Origin: a virus
Lineage: Duplodnaviria > Caudoviricetes
Virus record (IMG/VR): IMGVR_UViG_3300023296_001079
Span: 147-64,146 of that record
Length of the DNA stretch: 64,000 nucleotides
Strand: one strand, 5' to 3'
The notes under the pieces were generated by a model, which made no database searches, was not told the DNA's origin, and worked only from the letters and a program-made list of their open reading frames with translations. Position 1 is the stretch's first letter; every line of letters begins with the position of its first letter. Positions 39,018 to 48,205 of the stretch are shown piece after piece. A program made the translations under genes and the position numbers.

Positions 39018-39596
39018 ATGAAAAACAGACGGAGAGCAGACCGACCGGCGGAGGGAAAGCTAAAGCGGGCAGCAAGTTCCGTGAAGCGGGAGCGAGTCTG
39101 GAAGCCCATATCCGTCCTGTTCTTCCCTTATGCCGTGGCCAGCTTTCTGGTCTGGACCTTTGTGGGGGAGCCTCTCCTGTTGGGGGAGCCCCAGTCCCTG
39201 GTGGCTTGGCGCATGGACAGCCCCGTGGTTGCCCCGGGGGAGCCCCTGGTCATATCCTCTGCCTTGGACACCAAGCGGAACTGCAAGCTGTCCCTGGCGC
39301 GTACCGTTCAAGGGGACAGCTTCCTCCATTCCCTGCCGCTGGTCTCCGGGACACTCAGAGACCTGGGCCTCGCGGAGGACACTTCCGTGGTGGTTATTCC
39401 GGCCTTCCCTCCTGGGACCTACACCTTTAAAGCAACGGCCAAATATACCTGCTGGAATCGGGTGGGGCATGAATACGTCCAGAACCGTGTTCCTTTAAAG
39501 TTCGAGGTGGTGGACGCCCTCCAGCCTAGTGACTTGACCATGGGGGCCCCCGTGTTCCGAGCCCCCTACTACACCCAACAGGTGGCGGCCCCTTAA
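39018..39596 (+). CDS. Membrane-anchored hypothetical protein in the lysis cassette
   Basis: One N-terminal TM segment and a beta-rich domain with two Cys. Confidence 0.6.
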   Translation: MKNRRRADRPAEGKLKRAASSVKRERVWKPISVLFFPYAVASFLVWTFVGEPLLLGEPQSLVAWRMDSPVVAPGEPLVISSALDTKRNCKLSLARTVQGDSFLHSLPLVSGTLRDLGLAEDTSVVVIPAFPPGTYTFKATAKYTCWNRVGHEYVQNRVPLKFEVVDALQPSDLTMGAPVFRAPYYTQQVAAP

Positions 39597-40072
39597 TGCT
39601 GTTTGACCACTGGACGGAGGTTCCTTGGGATGAATCACGTTGGCCGAATTTTTCGCCGGACGAGCCAAATCTGGCGTGTCCTTGTTGCGGGAGTTTCTGG
39701 TTTGATCCTAAGTATCTGGATGGTCTTCAGCGTGTCCGTGATTTTGTCGGTGTTGGCGTTAGGGTTAATTCTGGCCACCGTTGCCGGTTTCATAATCGCA
39801 AAGTTCATGGGGCTCTCAATTCGCAACACCTCCAGATCGCCTTCGATATTAGCCTCCGAGGTCATGCCCCGGAGGTCCTTCTGTTCGCAGCAATTGAGGG
39901 CGGGTTCTCCTCCTTCGGGTTCTATGGCTCCTTCATTCATTGTGATCGACGGAGACCGAGAAGACTTTGGTCCACGGAAGCAGGGAGACGCACATGGAGT
40001 CCTTTCTTGACCTTCTCGGAGTCGGGGCGTCCGTCGCCTCCGGCGGCATATTCGGGGCGATTGGGGCCGTAG
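39596..40072 (+). CDS. Endolysin, peptidase M15A family (Zn D-Ala-D-Ala carboxypeptidase-like)
   Basis: PNFS..E..ACPCCG, L..LQ..RD, NSGHRC..HN..V.GA.NSQH...AFDI, FIHCD. Confidence 0.88.
   Translation: MLFDHWTEVPWDESRWPNFSPDEPNLACPCCGSFWFDPKYLDGLQRVRDFVGVGVRVNSGHRCRFHNRKVHGALNSQHLQIAFDISLRGHAPEVLLFAAIEGGFSSFGFYGSFIHCDRRRPRRLWSTEAGRRTWSPFLTFSESGRPSPPAAYSGRLGP
39630..40010 (+). CDS. Overprinted membrane protein nested in the +1 frame of the endolysin
   Basis: GGAGG 9 nt before ATG 39630; about 50-residue hydrophobic stretch; endolysin codons here are unusually T-ending. Confidence 0.6.
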   Translation: MNHVGRIFRRTSQIWRVLVAGVSGLILSIWMVFSVSVILSVLALGLILATVAGFIIAKFMGLSIRNTSRSPSILASEVMPRRSFCSQQLRAGSPPSGSMAPSFIVIDGDREDFGPRKQGDAHGVLS

Positions 40073-40545
40073 TTGGGGCCATCTCCAAGAGCATAAATGC
40101 CAGCCAAGAGCATAAACGAAAGCTGGAACTCCTGGACTGGGACTTGAAGATGTTTAACCGCCAGCAAGCTGCCGACCAAGCTGAAACGGAGCGGGAGATT
40201 GCGGTGGCGTCCGCCCAGGGAGCCTGGGAAGGGTTGAACACCAGCATAAGGGCAGACAACGCCCTGGCCAAGCACACAGGGGAGTTCGTCAATGGGGTGA
40301 AGTCCCTGTTCCGGCCCTTCCTTACCTTGTCCCTCACCGGGTCCACGGTCTGGATTTTCTATCTGATATGGTCAGACTTTGCCAATGCCACTTCGGACAG
40401 CAACCTGACCCTCCTGTTCACGGAGACCGAAATCAAGGAATTGCTGAAGTACATGGTCTATTCGCAATGCTTCGCCACGATGACCGCCATCGTCTGGTGG
40501 TTTGGGGACCGGGCCCTGGCACCCCCGGGCATGAAGAACAGATAG
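39994..40545 (+). CDS. Holin (GTA-type 3TM holin-like)
   Basis: N-terminal Gly-rich hydrophobic segment, RP motif before a TM helix, C-terminal WWFGDR. Confidence 0.7.
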   Translation: MESFLDLLGVGASVASGGIFGAIGAVVGAISKSINASQEHKRKLELLDWDLKMFNRQQAADQAETEREIAVASAQGAWEGLNTSIRADNALAKHTGEFVNGVKSLFRPFLTLSLTGSTVWIFYLIWSDFANATSDSNLTLLFTETEIKELLKYMVYSQCFATMTAIVWWFGDRALAPPGMKNR

Positions 40546-40556
40546 GAGACCTTTAA

Positions 40557-41114
40557 ATGGACACCATCATCATCCTGGCGGCTGCCGGTTTCTTCGGGAT
40601 AGTCCTGGGGCTGTGGCGTCTGTACGACGGACAGCCTCATGAAAAATTCGGGAGACTGTTTGGGGGAGTCCCCTGGGTCACCAGCCTCCTGGCGGGATGG
40701 GTGGCGGCGGGGGGTCCCAACACCCTGGACGATGTCTGGACCCTGAAGGTCCTGGGGTATGCCCTGGTGGCCACCATGACAGCGTGGCTATGCAAGCGGG
40801 GTATGCCGGGCTGGGATTCCTGGTTTATTAACACGGACCCCATCACAGGAAAGACCCGGGAGGGAATGGCTATCGGATTCGCCGGGCCCACTCTGGCCTG
40901 CTCAATCCCGGTGGCGGTGAACCTTGGAGACCCAGCCGCCCTGGTCTATGGCGCGGCAGGCGTCCTGATAGCCTCCACCTACGTCCTGGGCACCATGTGG
41001 GAGGATCGGCACGGATTGATACTGGGGAAGCCTGTGGGGCCCTTCTGGGGGCCTTTAAGCTATGCCGGGCTGGGGGTCGGACTCACCCTCCTGGGGGGCC
41101 TTCCTCCACACTGA
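40557..41114 (+). CDS. Multi-pass membrane protein
   Basis: Several hydrophobic helices; overlaps the convergent helicase gene by 32 nt. Confidence 0.6.
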   Translation: MDTIIILAAAGFFGIVLGLWRLYDGQPHEKFGRLFGGVPWVTSLLAGWVAAGGPNTLDDVWTLKVLGYALVATMTAWLCKRGMPGWDSWFINTDPITGKTREGMAIGFAGPTLACSIPVAVNLGDPAALVYGAAGVLIASTYVLGTMWEDRHGLILGKPVGPFWGPLSYAGLGVGLTLLGGLPPH

Positions 41115-42831
41115 GGAGTTCCCGGACGTCCAAGATGGACCGGGCCACGTTCTCCCGCTTCTCCAGGACGTCCAGAATCTTTATGTCAATGGTCCCCGGG
41201 CTGACGAGGTCCCCGAACCAGCAAGTGTCCTTTTGGCCAGACCTGTTGATTCTTGCCTCCGACTGCCAGCGCAGGTCCGCGTTAAAGCCATTGGAGAAGT
41301 ACAGGGCGGCAGAGCAGACCTGTTGGAGGCCATCCATACCTGTCCCGCCCACAGCCTGATTCGACAGGAAGACCCTCTTCTTGTCCGACTCCAGGAAGGC
41401 CGCCTTCTGGGCCGCCCTGTCCTGGGAAGGGATTCCCCCATGGTATTCCACATAACCCACCCCTGCCTTCTTTAAGGCGGCGGATATCTGTTCGATATCT
41501 GGGCGGGCCATGGCCCATATAACAAGCTTCTGGGTGTCTTCCACCACCTCCAGGGCCGCTGACACCCGATTGTTCGGGATGGGCACCCAGGGGCCCTCCT
41601 CCGGGCGCAGATAACCACAGACGACTTGATACATTTTTATCAACTTGGTGATTGCCAGGGGGGTCTCCACAAGTTCCCCGGATTCAAGCTGGGCGAACAG
41701 GTCATCCCGGAGGCTGTAATATAGTTTATTCTGTTCGTCCGTCATGGGGACTTTTCGCCGGACATAGGTCAGTTCCCCGTCCTTCCGGTCCCTCTTGGCC
41801 CGGTAGGTGTGGGCGTCAAGGCGGGCGGTCAGTTCCTCCAGGTTCTGGTAGCCCACTATCTCCACGGCCCCGGCGGGGGCCCCACGGATGGCACGGCATA
41901 AACAGAAGTGGTTCCGGAACGTGTAGAAGGAAGAGAAGCCCAGGAGGTCCGGGGAGAGGATATGAAGCTGGGAGAACAGGTCCTCCACCCCCAGGGAGAT
42001 TGGGGCCCCGGAGAGTATGCGGCGGTAGCCAGCGTCCTGGGAAATTTTCATGAGGTTCTTGGTCCGGGAGGACCCCGCATTCTTGAACCGGATGGACTCG
42101 TCCACGACCAGCATGGTCTTCTTGTCCAGGCGGGCCGCGACGAATCCCACCCCGCTTTTGTGGCTTAGAGCGTCACAGTGGATGAAGTACAGGCGAAGCT
42201 TGGGCGAGGCGTCCACCACGGCCAGCCGGTCCCGGAATTTCTTGGTCTCTTTCGACTTGCTTATGTAGACCAGGGATTCATGTTCCACCCAGTCCGGGAG
42301 GTGGCGCGGGACCTGTTCCACGGCCCACTGGTCCTGGACGCCATTGGGGGCGATGATGACGGCCCGGTCAATTTTACCTTCAGCGTACAGGCTGGCGATA
42401 TCGTCCAGACAGACCTTGGTCTTGCCTGTTCCCATCTCCATGATATAGCCAAAAAACTCCCGGCCCCTCGCTTTAAAGAAGGCCTCCTCTTGGAGCCTGA
42501 AGGGCTTGGTCTTGAAGCGGAAGTGCTGGGACTCTGGAGGGAGCGGTGGCGGGCCTTTAGCTTCCAGCCTGGACAGTTCCGCCACCCTGGCCAGCCTGCC
42601 ACTATCCTCCCACTCTATCTCCCCGGGGAAGGTCTTGTTCAGGAACTCGATATTGGCCCGGGTGGCCTCAAAGGACAGGTCCCGCTTCAGCCAGCGGGTC
42701 CGCCCTGGGGCAGCCCTGACCGCCTGGAAGTCTGCCGGATGGAAGGAGCCCCGGAGGAGTCCTTTCCCCGAATCCACGAACGCTTTGAGTCTCACTTGTT
42801 CACCATGTTGTCCTGTTTCCGATAGGGTCAC
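41083..42831 (-). CDS. SNF2-like superfamily 2 helicase
   Basis: MEMGTGKTK, VVDES..FKN, ILSGAP, GGTGMDGLQ, QSEARINRSGQ. Confidence 0.92.
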   Translation of the reverse strand: MTLSETGQHGEQVRLKAFVDSGKGLLRGSFHPADFQAVRAAPGRTRWLKRDLSFEATRANIEFLNKTFPGEIEWEDSGRLARVAELSRLEAKGPPPLPPESQHFRFKTKPFRLQEEAFFKARGREFFGYIMEMGTGKTKVCLDDIASLYAEGKIDRAVIIAPNGVQDQWAVEQVPRHLPDWVEHESLVYISKSKETKKFRDRLAVVDASPKLRLYFIHCDALSHKSGVGFVAARLDKKTMLVVDESIRFKNAGSSRTKNLMKISQDAGYRRILSGAPISLGVEDLFSQLHILSPDLLGFSSFYTFRNHFCLCRAIRGAPAGAVEIVGYQNLEELTARLDAHTYRAKRDRKDGELTYVRRKVPMTDEQNKLYYSLRDDLFAQLESGELVETPLAITKLIKMYQVVCGYLRPEEGPWVPIPNNRVSAALEVVEDTQKLVIWAMARPDIEQISAALKKAGVGYVEYHGGIPSQDRAAQKAAFLESDKKRVFLSNQAVGGTGMDGLQQVCSAALYFSNGFNADLRWQSEARINRSGQKDTCWFGDLVSPGTIDIKILDVLEKRENVARSILDVRELLSVEEGPPGG

Positions 42832-43015
42832 TTTAGGCCGATTCCCTGGGGCGTCCAGGGTTTACCGGGGGCAAAAGTAAGGAGACTAGGCTGGGAGGGA
42901 CGTCCACAACGCGGGAGGGAAGAAGAGGTTGGGGTGGTGTATAAAACGGCTCCCCCGGGCGGGAACCTAGCGGGGCAGAGACCTAAACCTGTTTTGTGGC
43001 CAAGGTCCGGGATGC

Positions 43016-43121
43016 GAAAAGCCCAGCAATATCAAGGGGTCTCACGGCCTCCCATCCATTAGCAAATGCTCATGTAATCCGGGCGTACTGAAAAGCCCAG
43101 CAATATCAAGGGGTCTCACGG
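43016..43121. repeat. Two 32-bp direct repeats in the divergent intergenic region (candidate origin iterons)
   Basis: GAAAAGCCCAGCAATATCAAGGGGTCTCACGG at 43016-43047 and 43090-43121. Confidence 0.85.
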
Positions 43122-43201
43122 GTTGACCTGTTTCCACACGGAAAAAGTCCGCCTTTATTTTTCTCTTCGCGTGCGCGTGCGCGTATAGAGATTTTGACCT
43201 G

Positions 43202-43230
43202 TTGACATTCCCCAGGACGGGGACTAGAAG
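43202..43230 (+). promoter_or_regulatory. Sigma70-type promoter of the replication operon
   Basis: TTGACA-17-TAGAAG upstream of leader AAACAGGAGAAACAGA. Confidence 0.6.
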
Positions 43231-43275
43231 CGAATGGACAGTGGGACGAATCAGCTAAACAGGAGAAACAGATTC

Positions 43276-43656
43276 ATGTCAGTTGTTTTTGGCATTCAAG
43301 AGCCCAGGCCCTTCTTCGATAGGGTGACGGGCGTCAACCAGACGCGGGACTTCTCGTCCGCGAACCGATACGGGCCCATTAAGTTCCTTCTGAACGTGAA
43401 GGACTCGCCTTCGGACGCTCCGGGGCCCTGCACCAATAAAATAATCACCGGCCTCCGGGAGTACACGGAAGGCGACTATCTCATGTTCTCCGGCGGTGAC
43501 CCTATCGGCTTATGGTTGGCGTGTGCCGCTTTAAATGCCCTGGGGTTCCGAGAGTCCCAGTTCCTGAAGTGGGACCGGGAGAGAGACACCACGGGCAAGG
43601 TGGTGTCAGGCTCTGGGTTCTACACTCCGGTGACGCTGCCAACGAGGGCACCATGA
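43276..43656 (+). CDS. Conserved phage hypothetical protein
   Basis: Strong RBS; IQEP, A.RYG, DYLMFSGGDP, LKWDR, Y.PV. Confidence 0.7.
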   Translation: MSVVFGIQEPRPFFDRVTGVNQTRDFSSANRYGPIKFLLNVKDSPSDAPGPCTNKIITGLREYTEGDYLMFSGGDPIGLWLACAALNALGFRESQFLKWDRERDTTGKVVSGSGFYTPVTLPTRAP

Positions 43657-44240
43657 GCAAGTTCGTCCAGGAAGAATTGGAGGCCATCTCCGACCATCCG
43701 GCGGCCTCTTCCAATTCGGAAATGGCCCGCATGATGGGCGAGGCCGAATCCTACCTTTCCCTAACGGCTGAAGCCGAGGCCATGGACGAGGCGTCCAAGG
43801 CTTTAAGGGCCAAGGCCAGAACCATCTTAGAGCAGACCCTGCCCCAGCTTATGGACGAGATAGGCTGCCCATCATTTGAGACCACCATGGGGCACAAGAT
43901 AACGGTGGGTCCATTCACCCGAGCGGCCATCCCCAAGAAGACCGAGGAGAAGGCCTTTGAGTGGCTCCGTAAGAACGGCCAGGGCGACCTCATAAAGACC
44001 CTGGTCACGGCCCGGTTCGCGGCGGGCAAGGACAAGGCGGCAGCGGCAGCGGTCAAGACCCTGGAGAAGTTCGGGGTGGCGGCGGACGTCAAGAACACGG
44101 TCCACGCGGGTACCTTGACCGCTTGGGTCAAAAAGGAACTGGAGAAGGACCCCAAAGATCGGGTGGTCAAAAAACTCCCGGAGGACCTTCTGGGGATATA
44201 CTCCACCCGGATGGCAACAGTTAAACCGCCCAAGGATTAA
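43653..44240 (+). CDS. Phage replication-module protein (N4 gp33-like)
   Basis: LPQLM.E.G, AFEWLR.NG.GDLIK, VHAGTL.AWVK. Confidence 0.75.
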   Translation: MSKFVQEELEAISDHPAASSNSEMARMMGEAESYLSLTAEAEAMDEASKALRAKARTILEQTLPQLMDEIGCPSFETTMGHKITVGPFTRAAIPKKTEEKAFEWLRKNGQGDLIKTLVTARFAAGKDKAAAAAVKTLEKFGVAADVKNTVHAGTLTAWVKKELEKDPKDRVVKKLPEDLLGIYSTRMATVKPPKD

Positions 44241-44280
44241 GTCCTGGGGCACAAGGGCAACTAGAAAGGAAGACAGAAAC

Positions 44281-45117
44281 ATGGTTAAACAGAAAGACGT
44301 GGCAGTGGTCAAGACCAACGCGGTCCCGGCAATTTTCCAGGAGGACCTGGAGGCCAACGCGGGCGGCGGCATGGAAGGAGCCACCAGCGAGGACATGACG
44401 ATTCCGTTCCTGGTCATTATGCAGGACCTGACCCCGGAGGCCAAAAAGCGGGACCCGGCCTACATCGACGGCGCGGAGCCCTCCATGTTCTTCAATACGG
44501 CATTGCGCCGAATCTACAGTGGCGAAGTGGGCCTCCGGATTGTCCCGGTCTTCTATCGCCGGTCCTATAAAGAGTGGGTACCACGGGCGGGTGGCGGCGG
44601 GTTCGTTGGAGAGCGGGACGCCACCATCCTGGAGCAGACCACGCGGAACGACCGGGGCAAGGACGTCCTGGCCACCGGCAATGAGATTGTCACCTCTGGA
44701 GACTGGTACTGCCTAGTCCTCCACGATGACGGGACGGTGGATCAGGTGGTGGTTGCCATGTCATCCACCCAGTTGAAGAAGTCCCGGCGCATGCTGACGA
44801 TGCTAAAAAATGTCCAGCTTCCCCGGTCCAGCGGCAAGGGCACCTTCAATCCGCCCATGTGGTACAATATCGTTAAGATTGTATCGGTCCCAGAATCCAA
44901 CGACCAGGGGTCCTGGTTCGGGTTCGATTCGTCCCTGGACGGCAACCTGGGCAGCTTGGACGAAGAGGTTGGCCGGCAAGTTATGGACATGGCCAAGGCT
45001 TTTGGTGAGGCCGTTTCCTCTGGTGCGGTTCGGGCGTCTCCTCCTCCTTCTGAGGGCGGCAGCGCGGACGCCCCGGTGGCAGGAGATGAAGGGGGAGACG
45101 AAATCCCTTTTGATTAA
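44281..45117 (+). CDS. Single-stranded DNA-binding/annealing protein
   Basis: D..IPFL...Q..PE, Y.EW.PR..GGGFV, M.STQLKKSR; acidic C-terminal DEIPFD tail. Confidence 0.7.
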   Translation: MVKQKDVAVVKTNAVPAIFQEDLEANAGGGMEGATSEDMTIPFLVIMQDLTPEAKKRDPAYIDGAEPSMFFNTALRRIYSGEVGLRIVPVFYRRSYKEWVPRAGGGGFVGERDATILEQTTRNDRGKDVLATGNEIVTSGDWYCLVLHDDGTVDQVVVAMSSTQLKKSRRMLTMLKNVQLPRSSGKGTFNPPMWYNIVKIVSVPESNDQGSWFGFDSSLDGNLGSLDEEVGRQVMDMAKAFGEAVSSGAVRASPPPSEGGSADAPVAGDEGGDEIPFD

Positions 45118-45185
45118 CCCCTACCAGTGAAACAGTGGGCCCCCAGATATCATGGGGGCCCTAACTTTCTCAGGAGGGGAGAATC

Positions 45186-46727
45186 ATGGGGGTTGAATCA
45201 GAGTTCCACGAACTCTTTAAAGGCTACTCGAAAGCTAAAGGCGCGTTTCGGATTGAGCGCAAGGACATCAAGGGAAAGGCTGTCGGCAAGGCCGCCACCA
45301 TTCTCCAGGGCCCGACCGTCCATGACTGGGGCGTCCACCTGGAGGGCAAGGACCCCGGCCTGGGCGTCCTGCCGCTGTGCGACGATAACAAGTGCCTCTG
45401 GGGCGCAATCGACGTTGACATAATCAACCTGGACCACAGCAAGGTCGAGAAGGATATAGAGACGCACGGCCTCCCGCTGGTGGTCTGTCGCAGCAAGTCC
45501 GGCGGGGCCCATCTTTATGTGTTCTTCAAGGAGCCAACGGCGGCAGAGGACGTGGTGGAAGCCCTGTCCTCCTGGGCCGGTACGCTGGGATTCGGCGGCC
45601 ACGAAATATTCCCAAAACAGACCTACCGGGCCAATGAGAATGACATTGGGAACTGGTTAAATATGCCCTACTTTGGCATGGCAGATACGCTCCGGTATTG
45701 CGTCAAGGACGGCAAGGCCCAGACCCCGGAAGTCTTCCTGGAGTGGGCCAACAGCCGCAAGGTGTCCGTGTCGGATATCACCATCGAAGACCCCGACAGT
45801 GAATTGTTCGAGGAGGGTCCGCCCTGCCTGAAGTCCATTGAGAAGATGGGCGGCTTCCCCGAGGGCACCCGGAACGAGGGCATGTTCTCCGTTTGCGTTT
45901 ACCTCATGAAGCGATTCGGGGAGGGCTGGGCGGACCACCTCCTGCCCTACGTCCAAGCGATGACGGACCCCGCTTTAAAGATGGACGAGTTGAACGCCCT
46001 GGTGAAGTCCGCCCAGAAAAAGGACTACCAATACAAATGCACCCAGCCCCCTATCAAGTCCCACTGCAACAGGACGGAGTGCCTCCGGCAGGCCCATGGG
46101 GTGGGCAGCGGGGCGACAGAAGACAACCCCGTATTGGTGGAGCACCTGACCCGGCTCCAGGGTGACCAGATTCTATGGTTCGCCCAGGTTGGCGGGCGGC
46201 GCGTCCTGTTCAATACGGACGAACTCTACAACCCCCTGGCATTCGTCAAAAAGATAGCGGAAGCCACGGGCAACCCTCCGGACCCCATGCCGGTCTCCCG
46301 GTGGCACCGGTACATTGGGCGGGTCATTCGGGAGTCCACGACAGAGATTCCGCCGGTCGAGGACATGGAACCCCTGGGCGGTTTCAAGTGGTTTTTGGAC
46401 AAGTTCCTGACCGGTAACGCCCGCTGCAACACACGGGAAGAGTTGGCGACCAGGGAGGCTCCGTGGTACGATTTGGAGAAGGAGCGAGTCCTGTTCCAAC
46501 AGATTGCTTTCTCCTCCTATTGCCGGTCACAGGGCTTTCAGGATTTTGGCAGCGCGGTGAAGATTGGGCAGAGCCTCCGGGAGACCTACCCGGAAATTGA
46601 ACCGGTGCAAATATGGGTGGGAAGACGAAACAAAAGAGTCTGGTCCCTGCCCCTTTCCTCTCTACCTGGACATGGACCTGAAGCAGAAAATGAACCTGAA
46701 CAGACCCCCACACCTGAAAAGTTCTAA
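45186..46727 (+). CDS. AEP-superfamily primase
   Basis: WGAIDVD, CRSKSGGAHLY, EIFPKQ, GNWLNMPY, PPCL...GTRNE. Confidence 0.85.
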   Translation: MGVESEFHELFKGYSKAKGAFRIERKDIKGKAVGKAATILQGPTVHDWGVHLEGKDPGLGVLPLCDDNKCLWGAIDVDIINLDHSKVEKDIETHGLPLVVCRSKSGGAHLYVFFKEPTAAEDVVEALSSWAGTLGFGGHEIFPKQTYRANENDIGNWLNMPYFGMADTLRYCVKDGKAQTPEVFLEWANSRKVSVSDITIEDPDSELFEEGPPCLKSIEKMGGFPEGTRNEGMFSVCVYLMKRFGEGWADHLLPYVQAMTDPALKMDELNALVKSAQKKDYQYKCTQPPIKSHCNRTECLRQAHGVGSGATEDNPVLVEHLTRLQGDQILWFAQVGGRRVLFNTDELYNPLAFVKKIAEATGNPPDPMPVSRWHRYIGRVIRESTTEIPPVEDMEPLGGFKWFLDKFLTGNARCNTREELATREAPWYDLEKERVLFQQIAFSSYCRSQGFQDFGSAVKIGQSLRETYPEIEPVQIWVGRRNKRVWSLPLSSLPGHGPEAENEPEQTPTPEKF

Positions 46728-48189
46728 AGCCCGGACCAACTTGGTCCTGGGTCCGCCCGGGACGGGGAAGACCACCTCCCTCCTGGGTCTGGTAGAGGAG
46801 GCTTTAAAGGCGGGGATACCCCCCGACCGAATCGCTTATTTAGCTTTCACCCGGAAGGCCGCCAACGAGGCCGTGGACCGGGCCGTGAAAAGGTTCAACC
46901 TCCAGCGGGAGGATTTTCCCTTCTTCCGGACCCTTCACTCTTTAGCTTTTCGGTCCATGGGCCTGTCTCGCTCCGAGGTCATGACCACCCAGGACTATGT
47001 GAACATGGCGGACGACTTGAAGTCCTACACCTTCACCCACCAATATGACGAGACCGCGGAGAGGCCGCCCATGGGTGGGGGCCTGGGAGACCGGTGTCTC
47101 CGACTTTACGCCCTGGCGAAGGCCACAGGCCTCCCTGTCGAGGAGATTCGGCAGGCCTACGACAACGCGGAAGTGGAGCCCCTGGGACTGGAGAAGTTCT
47201 GTCTCGCCCTGGACCGCTACAAGGCAGACACTTTAAAGTATGACTTCTCCGATTTCCTGGACCACGAATTGTCCCTGGACGTGGACCTGTTCATTCTGGA
47301 CGAGGCCCAGGACCTCACGGCCCAGCAATGGGCGTTTGCCCGCAGATTAGCTAAAAAATGCCCCAAGGTCTTCATTGCCGGGGACGACGATCAGGCAATT
47401 TTTCAATGGTCCGGGGCTGACATTCGGACCTTCCTGGGGTTCGAGGGGGACCGCTACGTCCTACCGATATCCTACAGGCTGCCCCGAAAGGTCTTCGACG
47501 TGGCTGACCGGATTGCGGGCCGTATCGCCTACCGGGCCGCCAAGGTCTGGGAGCCCAAAGCCGAGGAAGGAGACGTTGGATTACTGTCTGGTATGGGGGA
47601 CCTGGACCTGACCCAGGACGATTGGATGTTTCTGGTCCGCAGGAACTCCCAGGTTTACAAACTTATTGACCTCTGCCGCAACGCCGGGGTGGTCTACAAC
47701 GACCGGGGCCACTGGTCCAACGATGACGCCACAGTCCGGGCCGTCCTGGCCTACGAACGGATGCGGCGGGGAGAACGGGTCTCCCCCACAGACGCCCACA
47801 GGGTCTGCCTGTACGCGGGAGCCGAGCCCAGGCAGGAAACGACCAGCTACCAGTGGCAGGACGTCCGGTGGCCCTTCGAGGGCTCCCCAGACTGGCTTCA
47901 CGGTATGCCGGGCCTGCCGGATTCGCAGCGGGAGTATATTCGACTCCTCCGGCGGAACGGTGAATCCCTGGTCAACCCGGGCCGGGTGACCCTGTCAACG
48001 ATTCACGGAGCCAAGGGCGGAGAGTGCCAGAACGTGGTTCTGTTCCCAAAGCTAAACCGCCGGGTCCAGCGCGGGATGAATCTGGACCCCGACCAGGAGC
48101 ACCGGGTCTGGTATGTCGCGGCCTCCAGGTCTCTCCAGAATCTGTTCGTAGTTCGGGAGCCCTCAAAGTATTTTTACGACATAACCTAA
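46690..48189 (+). CDS. UvrD/Rep-like SF1 helicase
   Basis: GPPGTGKT, AFTRKAA, LDEAQD, GDDDQAIF, STIHGAKGGE, YVAASR; start uncertain. Confidence 0.9.
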   Translation: MNLNRPPHLKSSKARTNLVLGPPGTGKTTSLLGLVEEALKAGIPPDRIAYLAFTRKAANEAVDRAVKRFNLQREDFPFFRTLHSLAFRSMGLSRSEVMTTQDYVNMADDLKSYTFTHQYDETAERPPMGGGLGDRCLRLYALAKATGLPVEEIRQAYDNAEVEPLGLEKFCLALDRYKADTLKYDFSDFLDHELSLDVDLFILDEAQDLTAQQWAFARRLAKKCPKVFIAGDDDQAIFQWSGADIRTFLGFEGDRYVLPISYRLPRKVFDVADRIAGRIAYRAAKVWEPKAEEGDVGLLSGMGDLDLTQDDWMFLVRRNSQVYKLIDLCRNAGVVYNDRGHWSNDDATVRAVLAYERMRRGERVSPTDAHRVCLYAGAEPRQETTSYQWQDVRWPFEGSPDWLHGMPGLPDSQREYIRLLRRNGESLVNPGRVTLSTIHGAKGGECQNVVLFPKLNRRVQRGMNLDPDQEHRVWYVAASRSLQNLFVVREPSKYFYDIT

Positions 48190-48205
48190 AACAGGAGCAC
48201 AGACG

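Noticed and set aside
38948-39498. Nested o-spanin in the 39018-39596 gene
   Set aside because: Alternate-frame ORFs lack a convincing signal peptide and lipobox.
43016-43121. 32-bp repeats separated by 42 bp as a mini-CRISPR array
   Set aside because: Only two copies, no recognisable CRISPR repeat ends and no cas genes; iterons are more plausible, though a mini-array cannot be fully excluded without a repeat database search.
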